Assembly (NCBI RefSeq): GCF_008831285.2
Contig: NC_045138.2
Coordinates: forward strand, 19,096,001 to 19,160,000
Source: Nymphaea colorata
Taxonomy: Eukaryota
DNA: 64,000 nucleotides
Reading direction: 5' to 3'
Shown: positions 19,301-31,791 of the stretch, in pieces
How positions within the stretch are numbered: position 1 is the stretch's first letter
Layout of the letters: each line of letters starts with the position of its first letter
Made by a program: the position numbers and the translations under genes
Notes under the pieces: model-generated
Database searches by the model: none
Told to the model about the DNA's origin: nothing
Seen by the model: only the letters and a program-made list of their open reading frames with translations

Positions 19301-22300
19301 GTTGATACAACTGCCACAACGGACTCCAGTGGTTAGATGAAAATCCACTTGAACAATTTTTTGTACTGGTCAGACAGAGTAGGCTGACCCGAACGGCACT
19401 TTTCATAAACCATTGAAGTGACGTCATTAGCAGCTGCAGTGTCTACCATATGATGTATAGGCCTTACAAACATCAGGAAAAAAAGTTAAAACTTCAAGAT
19501 TTTACCTTTCACTTCGCTGCTCAGACTCTCTCTGTCTTCTTATAACCGCTTTTCGAGCTTCAAACTCTTCTCTAGTCAATGGAGGTTTGGGGTTTGCACC
19601 AATCCCATACTCCGGAAACTCCCTGAGACTTTTAAAAATACAACGATACCTTATTTAGCAAAAGATTCACACCACCTATTAACCATCCAAAAGAGATATA
19701 CCTGTGCGGAGGAGGAACCGGCAACATGTAACCAGAAGCTGCAAGCGGGTCCTGAGGTAACATTCCAAAAGACATGTCATAAGGAGATGGGGTGTAACCC
19801 ATATACGGCATACCAGCTCCATAAGATGGCATGTATCCATCCAGGCCAAACTGCATTCCAGGCCAATATCCATTGTATGCAGCAGGTCCAACATGCATAA
19901 GCGAGTTATCAGGAACAAAATCTTGAGAATTTCTCCATTGCATATCCATTGCTGCAATAAGAAAAGAAGCTACCATTACTTCAACCACACAAATATGCTT
20001 GCCAGTGAAGTTTGCATAAAAAAGTGAGATAGAGAGGGAAAAAAGCTTACGATTAGCAGGTGGTCGGAGTCTCTTTTTCTTCTTCTTCTTGCCTGTCAAC
20101 ACAATATAAAGTCAAGAAAACGTGTATAAGATATTGGAAAAAATCATCAAACAATCACAAAAACATCACGAGAAAATCGCGAGATATTAGTTGTTCCTGA
20201 GATTTTCAAAATCTCATGAGATTTTCCAGATATTTTCGTTTTACTTGTCTTTATTGTAAATATAACAAGACTTTTGAAAATCTCACGATATCTGTATGCA
20301 AGTAAAGCTGAAATTAAAGCTGAGGTAAAATTTACAGTGAACTCATACAAATATATTTTCATACGATTTCCCACACTAATATATTTTCCATACTTCTGCT
20401 ATATAGATATCTGTATGCAAGTAAAGCTGAAATTACAAGACTAGCAAGGAAGAATTTTGAGATAATTATTAGCTTCCACAATGCACAATAAAAACAAGTG
20501 ACTGAACAGCGGATGATTCCCTAACTTATTTGCCCAGGACAAACCCGCTCTGCAACATGCGCACCTTGATCTCCCATAGAGAGCTTTTGTTGGACTTCCT
20601 CCTCTGCTTGCAGAGCACTTTCCTGAGAAATTGGATCCTTAATGCTAATGGAGTCATGTGTAGCCTCAGTCTGATCAATACTTCTTGCTGCTTTGTTTTT
20701 TTCGTTAGACTGCTGAGGAGCGCTAATGGCTGCAGCTGCCTCACTCTCAGCCACAGTCACCTTCAAAGCTTCAGAACTTTCTCTCACAGGGGGTTGCAAA
20801 CTCTCTTCTTTTGCAGTAGCAGAAAGAGTGGGAGATGGTGCTTTTGGCTGAGGGCAGCGAGAAGATTCCATATCTACAATGTATACATAATTTTAGAGAT
20901 GATAAGAGAACAGAAGTGTTCACACAACCAGAAAAGGCAAGATTCAAAAAATTTTCCAGATTCTGATTCCAGCACCAAACAAATGTATATAATAATTTAT
21001 AAACCTTGTATCTGCAGCACGTTTCCACCATTTTCTGCACTGCTAGTTGCTTTTGTTTCTAAGATACGGTTAATGGTCTCCCTAAGCCTTTTATTAGGAA
21101 GCAGATCATCCGCAAGAACATTGGTTTCTCCACAAACACATTTTGATTGTGTGATTATGTACTCTCTTATACCTGAAACAGACGCATCATGTTACTCAGA
21201 AGCTAAGACTCAAGCCACAGAATGAAAAACTGACTATAAGTTCCACCACTGCAAAAAACAAAGAGCAAGAGTTGCAACTACCTGCAACAAAATCACAGCC
21301 TCAGAAAATAACAGTAGAATTTAACAGGACAAGCTATATCACAATAAAAATACATACTAAAAGTGGAATTTGCACAGTATTGGAAGTGGAGAATTAAACA
21401 CATACATTTGTCACAGAAGCTCTCATAGCAGCATTTGCTAGTGAAGACAGCATCTTTCAACACATCTTTGCACAATGGGCATCGCAGTTCAGCAGGAAGC
21501 TCACCAACAGTCCTGGTAGAAGGCAAGCCCTCAATTTCTTTTTCAAAGGCAGCCCTAGGTCAAAAAATACAATCTGATAAGTTGCAATAACCACAACTAA
21601 AAGATAACAGAATACCACGCATATGCCAATGCTTACTCGTTTGGCTTGAGAACTGCAACAGCGCCACTTGGCAAAGCATAGGAGCCATCAGGAGTGGCTA
21701 CTAGCATTGACTTAGGGATGCCGGTTGGTGGTTTGACTTTCTTAATGTCATAATTAGGATCACCGTTTGTAGGGCAATGTTGGATGAAATGTCCTGAAGA
21801 TACAAAGGATACAATTTCAACAACGTAATGCATGCAAGAAACCCGAGCCTGTCAAAAAAGCAGTGACAAACAAGCACCGGAATCCTCAAACTGATAAACA
21901 AAAGGCAACCAAACATGAGAATCGCTAGTGGACCTACCAGGAACCTTGCACCTATGGCATACGTAACCTGGAGGAGGTGTTTTAGATTCCATCCCACCCC
22001 GACCTTCAATTAGATAAACATGACTTTTGGTTAGGAGCATACAACAACAACAAAACTAGCATTCACAACTTGCAGCAAACGCAGAATAATTCCTACTAAG
22101 AAAAAGCAGCGTAACCAAGTAAAAACAAAAGGAAAGAATAGCCACAAGAAGAACTCATCTTCTAGTTTAAGCAGGAAGAGATTACATGTGTTAGTGTGTA
22201 AGCACGTAAAATTATGATGATAAAGTAAAGAGGCAAAGTGGCAAACACAACGTCACACAAGCACTCCCAAAATATGCACATAAAGAAGGCACAACATAAT

Positions 22301-24863
22301 TTATGCACATAATAGACAAAGGAAAAAAAAATAGTTCGTCAACATATTCAAGGGTTCTATGGGATAAATTTCCTCAAAGATGTACCCATCTTACACGACT
22401 GCAGAAGATTTCACGATTCTAAAGCAGTACATGATGCAAACAGAAGATCTTACAAAAAATTTCCAAGGCCCATTACACAGAAAGAAAACTTCAATAGAAC
22501 CCAAAGAACAGTCCAACATTATAATACAGGCAGCAAAGCCATGCTCAAGGAGTAAAACCAAAAGGGTAATTACCGAAACCACGCCCAGGCATCATTCTCC
22601 CTCCAATACCCCGCCTGAATCCTCTTCCTGAGCTTGACGCCTCCTGCAATTGCCTGCCAGTAAAAGGCGTGCAAATAAACACAAAAACATATTAGTAATG
22701 CGCTGTCTATGTATTTTGACATAGTGAACAAATACAATACATTAAGGAAGAAAGATTCATGGTTCAACAAGCAAAACAAACTACCGCTGCCAATCCATGT
22801 CAGTCATGTCTATATGAGCCTTGATTTTGCCATCTTCCTCAACTCTGCTTGGGATAGACTCCAGAACTTGATTGGGTTGAACTTGGGGGACTTCTGGGAT
22901 GGCATATAAATCATTTCCAAATTCATCCCATTCTGGATCTTCAGGCTGCAGAAAACATCAGCAGATAATCATCAAGAATATCAGCAGAGAGCAGAACTAA
23001 CAAGAACAAGACTGAAGATCGCATCCGAGGTTATGGCTTAAACCACACAGCAGAGGCATAGTTGTAGTCGAGGGGCCTATGCTTACATAATTAGATTGTG
23101 AAGGGTCAGGAAGCTGAAGACTACTACTAGGTTGTTGAGGTTTATCTGCATGGCTGTCCATCTCCTTCGGCCTGCACACATGAACAACCCACTAACCTCA
23201 AGATTCTCAACATCGCTTGGGGGATAAAAATCTGTTAACATCAGAAACAAGAGAAAAGAAAAAGAGAACAGGTACAAATATTGGAACTCGGCCGTTCCTG
23301 ATGTGGCTCAAACACAATAGGCAACCCAATTCAAAAAACAGGCCAATGAAACTATGCCATGGTGAGCAAAAAGACGCTCTTAAATGAGTCTATGCCTATT
23401 TTCACATATAAGTACAAAATATTGGAAGTGGTTAAACATTGAGGCATGAGATAGCAGTAGTACTCTTCTCTTTCAGTTACAATTCGCATGCGAGGTCTTC
23501 CAGGAACTCGGCGCACCAAAACAGATGTGTTCTTTGGCAGCAACATTGCTTCATCAAGATACTCTGAAATTGAACAGGCACCAAATTCTATAAAAGGCTG
23601 CAAGGGTACTAGAATGGACTGCAGTTCTCATCAGTGCACGTGGACTATACACTTTTTCTTTTATACTTACAAAAATGGAAAACCAAATTAAAATTTTCAC
23701 TTGCCCATCAAAGTTGATAAATTATAAATATTCAAATCTGACACATGAATCTCTTAGCAGATATGTAGTTCACTGTCGTCTATTACTCATAATGCATCCA
23801 AAAGGACTATTTTCATTAAATATTATCATAAAAAACACGATAACAGCCTCGGCATCTGCAAATCAAATTTGTTTCGAAAAGCAACGTGTAATAAGGTCAC
23901 GATATATAAATTTAGATTGGTTAGTTTGAAAATCCCAAAACAGAGATATCTTAGAATAATTCTCGTTTCCAAGCGCATTCAGGGAATTAATCATGTGGAC
24001 CAAATGACAAATTATTCATGTTCACCGGATACACTATCATCTTCTTATAACTGACAATTTACATTCATCCTACCTCAGTCAATGGTAAACTTGGAGAATA
24101 TAACATTCTGGACTTTCCGAGACTTCTTTGACAAAACATTACGAAAATTTGTACTGATTGAACGGGTATTTGGCTAAAATATGCAAGCTAACTATGTCAG
24201 GTGGACTTGCAAAGTCACCAAGCCACCAAGGAACCAAAGATTTTATAACCAGATATACCTAATTCTGGAATTTACAGCTACCAGCCAATTCTAGTTGCCA
24301 AACTGAATATCAGTTCAAAGCACCCCTCCCTGAACCCCCAACAGCCCACCTCTCATCTTTCACAGTTCATGCTTACACACCCTTCCCAAAAACACAAATA
24401 ACCATTAGAATTGTCGAACATCTGGCAGTTCAACAAGATCTCATAACATCATAGTCCTAAAAATGAACCTAATAATCCCAGACAACTACTGAAACAACCA
24501 AAAAAGAAGACATGAGCACCGCGACTTTCGTGGATATCCACAGAGAGTTCAAATTGAAATACGAGAAAGAATCATTGGCTCTGTATCGATGTCATTTATA
24601 CATATAACCATGCATGACAAAAGGCCATGACTAATGCGCACTAAGTAATGAAAAAGAATTCAACATGAATTTAAATTGCAAAAGCAAAGTAACCAACCTT
24701 CCTCAGTGTTGGGATTTGACACCACGAGGTCAAAATCCGTACCCCTGCCCAAATGCTTGGATTCAAATATTTTTTCTTTCAAATTCCCGATGGATATGAA
24801 ATGGCCATCAATGGGTATAGAGTCATAGTCTTTTGCACTCTTAAACTTAAAATATATAGCCAT
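16378..24863 (-). CDS. DWNN-domain / CCHC zinc knuckle / RING E3 ligase of the RBBP6-Mpe1 family (PQT3-like), 15 coding exons
   Basis: Exons: 24863-24698, 23563-23464, 23171-23087, 22945-22785, 22653-22574, 22003-21938, 21793-21637, 21554-21406, 21172-21005, 20873-20565, 20092-20051, 19951-19702, 19622-19506, 18936-18849, 16881-16378; all GT-AG. Domains: DWNN (MAIYFKFKSAKDYDSI...VRRVP), knuckle (CHRCKVPGHFIQHC), RING-like (CPLCKD...CC..SFCDKC), KASVFSRISFP motif and an R/D/E-rich tail. Confidence 0.93.
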
Positions 24864-25989
24864 TAGTTTTTTTTCCTTTATTCTTTCTTCTCTTGCTTTT
24901 TTTCTTTTCCCTTTTCTTTCTCAAATAAAAATCACAATAATGAAGCTTATAGAACAATTGCCCTAAAAGAGCAAAAATGGAAAAGGCAAAAGTAGCCTGG
25001 TATTAAGCTAAAAAAAATGATAGATACAACTTATTATATCCTTTTCCTTAAACCCGTCGAACAACAAACAGATGCAAGAATCCACTTGGATGCCTCCAAT
25101 TTCTTCCAACAGCACAGAAAAGTAACGCCTGATGTCCAATCTTCTGGAAAGGACCTCAAAAAGGACCCACCAAATCAGAATACCAGCAGAGATAATCACA
25201 CTTCTTGATGAGAACCCGCTGCGTCATATGGTAAGAGCTTGCACAAGCAATTGGCTTCCCCAGAGAATCAGGAAGCAGACTCTTCAATCAAATCTTCGAG
25301 ACGCCAGATCAAAGGAACTAACTCCCTGACCGCCGATCTCAAGGAGCGGTGAGAAAGTGGAAAGCATCGATCTCGAAATCAAATCTTGAAGACTTTTTCA
25401 TACAGATACCAAGATACGCCTCCACCACCACGAAGTTGCTGCAAACCTCCTCGGGGTCGACGTGCGCGAAGCAAACACAGACGATCTGCCAAAAATAAGC
25501 AACTCAGAGAAGATCGATGCAAGAATCAAGCGTCTCCCCGACGACGTCTTTGGAAAATTCAAGGAACACGCAATCAGAAACTCCACTCGCGCAGCCCGTA
25601 GCCGAAACCTGCCTCTGGAAACCAACAACCTGAACCCACGACCTCCAAAATGCCTCAAAACTCTCCGCGATCACCTGCGAACGCAAAAAACTATCTGCTC
25701 CACAGCGACATCAGGGATTCCAGGAAACAACAGCTCCGACACGATCGATGCACAAATCTCCGCCTTCCACCGCCGCGTCAACCCAAAAAATCCAGCGTCG
25801 ACGATAATTGGGTACTCAATCGCACAGTGGACCGATCCAATCGGACGGATGAGTTGCCAAACCAAGTCGATCTGGTACGCCTCGCACGAGAGAGAGGGAA
25901 AGATTTCGATAGAAGAAGGCACTTTTGAAGGGCGAAAGCTAGGGCTTCGTGCGTAAACCCGCAAAGGAGAAATTAAATGGAAAGATATG

Positions 25990-26280
25990 GAGATTATTTA
26001 GGGTTTTCTTGCAGATAAGGCTTCCAGTAGGAGAGGAGAAGAGAGGAGGAGAGGACAGAGAGGGAGACACGGGTTAGGGTTTTCTGGGTTGAGAAGGAAA
26101 CCACGGGCAGGAAGGAAAGAGGCGTCGATCCTTCGGGATAACGAGGGAGCGAAGTGCCCGCCCTTTTTCTATAGGGCGCCACGATTGGTTAGGGCCGTTT
26201 GATCAGCGAACGACCTGCTGTGAGGGACTCCCATGTTCCGAACAATCGGCCGTCGAACTGGGAACGACGCAAACACGTGA
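25990..26280 (-). promoter_or_regulatory. Promoter of the RBBP6-like gene: telo-boxes, TATA-like box, G-box
   Basis: AAACCCTAA telo-boxes on the minus strand (~25998-26006, ~26074-26082), TATAGAAA (~26166-26173), CACGTG (26274-26279) and a CT-rich leader. Confidence 0.6.
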
Positions 26281-27659
26281 CTAATGAACAGCAAGTGAAA
26301 AATCCGTCCCACCTTAGGCGGTTACGTTTCTCCCTGTTCTTGAGAGAGGCACGCGTCTATGACGTGTTTGAATCGGATTTTAGATAAAGGTAAGATCCGT
26401 GGTTTTAACAAACATTGAATCTCAAAAGTCAAAACTTCGAATTTGAAATCCTCAGCGAAGAGGAATTGGCTTGGCCCTGTTGCTGAGTTCCATAGTGATT
26501 TAATATCCTAAGATATTAAATAATTGGACTATTTTAGAACTTACAAGGATTTAAAACCTTATCTTTACAAGACCTGAACTTATTGGCACTCATGAATCTC
26601 AAGGCAGACTCTCTCTCCTCTAGCTGAAAATTGCTAGCTAGATTTCAAGCATAATGTTGATCACAAGTTCAGTGCTCTTCCCAAATCAACAATTTCTTAA
26701 AACTGAGAATTTAAGGTGAGTCTTTTTTTTTCTAAATCAAACCTTCTAGTTTAGGATTTGAAGTAATCAAATACTCCTTATCTCCTAATCTCAAAGTTAA
26801 AAGTGACAAACTACAAAGCAAGCAAAAAGTATCTTTATGTACGTTTCCTTCAAATTGTTTAGCCAATCAAAGTTAGAAGAGAGAGATTTTCAAAGGGGTT
26901 GGTGCAATGGTAAGGATAGAGGCTAGAGGCTGGTAAGCGGCTAGTGTTTGTTTTCAATGGCATCAACTCTTTATGCTGCAAAAGAAAATGCACCAATATA
27001 TATCGTCCCGAAGCACCAAAAGTAGTCCAGAACCTTGTGGGGATGAGAGAAAGTGAGAGGCTATAGCCTTCACTCGGGTGGTAGAAATAGTCTAAGTCTC
27101 CCGCTCACTGGAAACAAAGCTAAAAGAAGTATAAAACAGCTTCATAGAGAAAAACAACTTCAAACTATATATAAGAAAGAAAAGAACTTATCAAGAAGTG
27201 AGTTCTGAACTGATTACTGATCAGAGACGAGTGATCTTTCCTAAATTTCATATTAGATATCCAAATATGGGAGACACAAACCTACCAATTATCTTCTGAT
27301 TTCCACCCATTCTTCCTTCAAGCAAATTCAAACCTGACGCCTTCGTAGAGAAATTTTAACCACTTAATCCAAATGCAGAGCCAATAATCCGCGTTATCAC
27401 TACCATAAACGCCTCACTTTTAAAATGTTCCCACATATTTCGATTAATCTTGTCGCAAAAATGGAAGAGGAATAAACATCTTCAACCATCTGGAGTACGA
27501 ACCAGACCCGACCATCGAGTGAGGAGAAAAATTCATATTCGGGTCAGATATTTGACTAAATGAGGTAGTTGGGTTTGGGAACCCCGAAATCCAAATCCGA
27601 ATAAAACACATTCCCAGATATCGCATATAAAACGTTGGTACCGTCTGAGTTTTAGCGTA

Positions 27660-27960
27660 TGCACCGCCTCAATTCCGAGTTTGGATTCACAACCCGAGAC
27701 CGAGCCGGACCCGTTCATCCCATCCCATTGACACTTATACCCCTCGACAGTCGACTGCCGTTGGTGTAAACTACCACCGCCGAAGGTCATAATCACCAAG
27801 TTACCCTTACCAAGTCGGTTCGGACGAGTGCGAAACACGCGCCTCCTTCCTAGCCGAACACGTTGTACATGAACGGGAACTCCTGAAACGTGCCTTTTAG
27901 AGCTCAACGCGCGTCTGTCTGCCGCGAAGAGATACCGCCATGGACGTTGCTATAAGACTT
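27660..27960 (+). promoter_or_regulatory. ABA/seed-type promoter of LEA copy 1 (ACGT-core ABRE-like and ACGCG CE3-like motifs, TATA)
   Basis: ACACGCG (~27835), ACACGTTG (~27858), AACGTGCC (~27887), ACGCGCGTC (~27907), TATAAG (27951). The block aligns with 30950-31280. Confidence 0.65.
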
Positions 27961-28101
27961 TCCGGCGTGATTCTCCTGAAGAACAGCGCCCTCTCGTTGT
28001 TTCAATTAATTTTGATCGGCTATCCTCTTATAGTTGTCGGCGCTTTCTTCTTTTTGCCGCCCTTCTGAAACTGGTCGGAGTCCCGCTTGCCGGAGAGAAA
28101 A

Positions 28102-28997
28102 ATGAGCCAGGATCAGCCACGGAGGCCCAGCAACAACACCCGGGCCCAGGCCCGGACAGAGCCCATCAAGTACGGAGACGTGTTCGACGTCTCCGGCGGG
28201 CTCGCTGATCAGCCTGTGGCTCCCCGGGACGCCGCCATGATGCAGTCCGCGGAGAACCTGACCCTCGGCCAGAGCCCGAAGGGAGGGGCCGCTGCGGCAA
28301 TGCAGTCCGCGGCCAGGCGCAACGAGAACGCCGGCCTCGTCGGCCACGACGAGCGGTCTCCGGCAGCCCGCGAGGGAATGACGGTCACCGAGATGGACGC
28401 CCCGGGTCGCCGCGTCGTGACAGAGTCGGTGGGCGGGCAGGTGGTCGACCATTTTGAGACTCCGGCGCCGGTGACGGCGCAGCCGGCCGTGACGGACGCG
28501 TTCACAATCGGCGACGCGTTGGAGGCAGCGGCCGTGACTGCCCGCGACAAGCCGGTGACGCACAGTGACGCGAGTGCCATCCAGGCGGCGGAGGTCCGGG
28601 CCACCGGAAGGACCGCCGTCGTTCCGGGAGGCGTCGGTGCTGCTGCTAAATCGGCTGCTAACGCCAACGAATGGACCGTAGACGAAGATGACATGACGAC
28701 CCTGGGAGACGTTCTTGAGGTAAGCGCTAGGTACATTCACTATTTGCGGATAGTTGGAGCTGCGAAGTTCGCAGGCTCTCTTTGCTTGGATTAAGATGTA
28801 TGAGGTCGTCCTAATTGGTCTCTGTTGGTGCTCAGGATGCGAAGGCAAGATTGCCTGCAGACAAGGCTGTGACGGCTGTAGACGCAGAGAGGGTGACCGG
28901 AGCTGAGCTGCGCAACAGCCCCGACCTGGTCACGTATCCCGGCGGCGTCGCTGACACGATGACCGCCGCGGCCAGGCTGAACCGGCAGCCCACCTGA
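28102..28997 (+). CDS. Late embryogenesis abundant protein, SMP/D-34 family, 259 aa, three SMP repeats
   Basis: Exon 1 is 28102-28719, the intron is 28720-28835 (GT..AG) and exon 2 is 28836-28997. Motifs: EPIKYGDVFDVSG, AAMMQSAE, TIGDALEAAA..DKPV..SDASAIQAAEVRATG, LPADKAVT..DAERV..AELRN..PGGVA..AAARLN. Confidence 0.95.
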
Positions 28998-30306
28998 GCC
29001 AATCAATATATATCTCAGTTCACTTTTGGTGTTTTTAAGAGTGAATTTTTCCTTTTAGTGAAGGTCGGTTTGTTTTTTGCGGGTAGGTTGTTGTAAACCG
29101 GGTTAACAGGAAGATAGATTATCCTTTTACTTATATACAGATATATATACAGGTTGTAATCTTCTTAAGATAGAAGTAATAGATGTTCTTTTGTCCTTTT
29201 ATCCATGTTCGGGGACGTGCTCCAAAGGCCGTGAGAAAGTTCGAGTTCTTGGAACAATGTGGCTTCGGATCAAATCTGAGATTCATGTCACCGTGAAATC
29301 CAATGGCTAAACAAACGGCGAATTTCAGATCCACCGTTGAATGCAAAAACTGTGTTTAAAAGTTCCCATAATAGTCGACTGACTTTTTTTAACATTTCCA
29401 AGATGATCTGACTGGTTAAATGGAAGACCTTTTCGAGAAATTTTCCTTAAACCAGAAAGAAGTCCCATAATTATCAAAATGCCTCTGTCATAAACATTGT
29501 AAACCTCTTCACCTCTGAATGCACTAAACCCTTCCTTTTAAGGGGTTGTTTGGCACGATTCCAGTCAAACGACCCTTGAGATTGTGTTTGGCACAGTGTG
29601 CTGCGAATTCGTCCATGAATCTACTTTAATTCGTTCATGAATTTATTATAAAGTAATTCGCTCATGAAATTATTTTAAAGTTACTATAGAGATCGAGTTC
29701 AAAGATCAAGCAGATTCAATAAACACTAGTTCCCTCCAACCCAGAGGGAGAATCTAGAAAGAGAGAGAAATGAATTGATACAAAGAAAAAAAAAACATTT
29801 GATTTTATCAAATTTTCCTTTTCTAAATTTTGGTTATAACAAATCTATTTATGAAATGAATATTATAAACAGGTTCAAATCGTATGTCTATCACTCAACT
29901 TTTTAGAACTTAAAACATACCAAAAGAACAAGATACAATCGATTGTATCGAGATGACTTCAATTTAGTATTTAATAAAAAAAAACTATAATAAATATTTT
30001 TTTCTGTTAAAGCAAATGGGACATTGTCAGGTTTATGTGGAGGTATGTTAAAAAGACTTCCATATAAATGTATAAATGCATCAAACTCTGATTACAATGC
30101 GTCCAAATTTTATAAATTAAATGGCCACGATTTCATGCTTTCTCACTAAAAATATGATCTTAAGAATAATGATACATTGATATTCAGGTATGACAACCAC
30201 ATACCCAAACCTACTAATTGACTTCTAGTGTCTGATTTTCTTTAAGCAGATCCAACCTCACCAATTCGTAAAGGAATTTCAAAAACTTAACCCAAATATA
30301 AGATCC

Positions 30307-30390
30307 ACGATCCAAATTATGGATACTAAAAAACGCATCGCTGTTAATACGATCCAAATTATGGATACTAAAAAACGCATCATTGTTAAA
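30307..30390. repeat. 42-bp tandem duplication
   Basis: ACGATCCAAATTATGGATACTAAAAAACGCATC occurs at 30307 and 30349. Confidence 0.85.
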
Positions 30391-30949
30391 ACGTTATCAT
30401 ATATTTTGTTAGTACGTTACGATCGAACCCCTTTTTTTTCTGGTTGATTCAAAGATGGGAAAGTGAGGTATAGTGCAGTATATCTATTATTTAGAACTTA
30501 CAGAAATAGTCCTTATTAGAATCCAACTAACAACAACAACTAAACCATCATGAATTCACCCATTCCACCAGTTATGTTATATTTAAGCCTGGGCACAAGA
30601 CCGAGCCACCGTCGAGGACTTGGTATTCAGCCCAACTTAAGCTCAGGCCTAGAAAAACGAGACCCAGGCTGGCCCGATAAACCCGGACTGGGTCAAGCCG
30701 GCCTATGCACAGACTTAATTATACCTCCAAAACTTTGTTTATGTATGTTGACAAAAAAAAAGGAAAATAAACATCTTCAAGCACCTGACAATGAGCAAGA
30801 CCCGGCCATCCGAGTGATGGGAACAATTCAGATGCTGGGTCAGACAGTTGACTAAATCCAAATTGGAGGTAGATACCCACATTCAGATCCAAATCAAATT
30901 CAATGCTTGATAATGGATCTAGAAATAAGGGCCACAGCAGATATTTGAG

Positions 30950-31280
30950 CGTGCGCCTCACCGTAACGATGGATCTGAATTCCGTATACGGTTACCCAAT
31001 TCGATTCCTGCTTTAGGTCCACGACCCGAGTTTCTCCCCCACCTTGACACTTATACCCCTTAAAGTTTACATGCCGTTGGTTCAAACTACCACCGCCCAT
31101 GCTCATAATTACAAGATTGGCATTACCAACTGGATCCTCACAAGCTGCAGCACGCGCCTTCGTTTTTGTAGCACACGTTGCAACTTGCAAAAGAAAACGA
31201 AGTCCTGCAACGTGGGGCTCTGGTCTTGACTCGAGTCCATATGCTGCAGAGAGAAACCGCCATGGACGTTCCTATAAGAC
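30950..31280 (+). promoter_or_regulatory. Duplicated ABRE-type promoter of LEA copy 2
   Basis: Aligns to 27660-27960 (TTGACACTTATACCCCT, AAACTACCACCGCC, CACGCGCCT, ACACGTTG, CCGCCATGGACGTT). TATAAG at 31273. Confidence 0.65.
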
Positions 31281-31395
31281 CTTGAGGGATGATTCCCTGG
31301 AGACCAACAGCCTCTGGCGGTTCTGTATCATTTTGAACTTCCGAAGTTCTCGGTGGTATCCCTTTCTTGCTGCTTACTGAAATTGCAGAGAAAAT

Positions 31396-31791
31396 ATGAG
31401 TCAACGTCAGCCTCAGAGGCCCAGTGACACCCCGCAGGGCCAGACGCGTACCGAGCCCATCAAGTACGGCGACGTGTTCGACGTCTCCGGCGGGCTCTCC
31501 GAACAGCCTGTGGCTCCGCGGGACGCCGCCATGATGCAGTCGGCAGAGAGCCGCACTCTCGGCGAGATCCCGAAGGGCGGAGCAGCCGCGACAATGCAGT
31601 CCGCGGCCAGGCGCAACGAGAACGCCGGCCTTGTCGACCACGACGAGCGGTCTGCGGCAGCCCAAGAGAGAATGACGGTCAGTGAGAGGGCCGTGCCTGG
31701 TGGCCGCGTCGTCACCGAGTCGGTGGGCGGACAGGTGGTCGAGGAGTATGAGACTCCGGTGCCGGTGACGTCTCGGCCGGCGGTGACCTGA
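31396..31791 (+). CDS. Short SMP/D-34 LEA paralog, 131 aa, single SMP repeat, intronless
   Basis: Uninterrupted ORF colinear with residues 1-131 of copy 1. The stop and 3' flank (ACCTGAGCC...CTCAGT...TGTTGTAA..CGGGTTAAC) match the terminus of copy 1. It could be a pseudogene. Confidence 0.8.
   Translation: MSQRQPQRPSDTPQGQTRTEPIKYGDVFDVSGGLSEQPVAPRDAAMMQSAESRTLGEIPKGGAAATMQSAARRNENAGLVDHDERSAAAQERMTVSERAVPGGRVVTESVGGQVVEEYETPVPVTSRPAVT

Noticed and set aside
21803..21811. U12-type donor consensus GTATCCTTT on the minus strand (also ATATCCTTT near 51885-51893)
   Set aside because: The first lies inside a pyrimidine tract just before an ordinary acceptor and the second is mid-intron. The neighbouring exons join in frame through normal GT-AG sites.
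25462..25956. 164-aa + strand ORF in the RBBP6-like leader region
   Set aside because: It has a non-ATG start, is antisense to the promoter orientation, and has no recognisable domain.
28006..28848. Long antisense ORFs over GC-rich genes (28006-28848, 28209-28736, 31138-31812, 16384-17013, 1505-1987, 3050-3523)
   Set aside because: These are shadow ORFs of GC-rich coding sequence with no recognisable domains.
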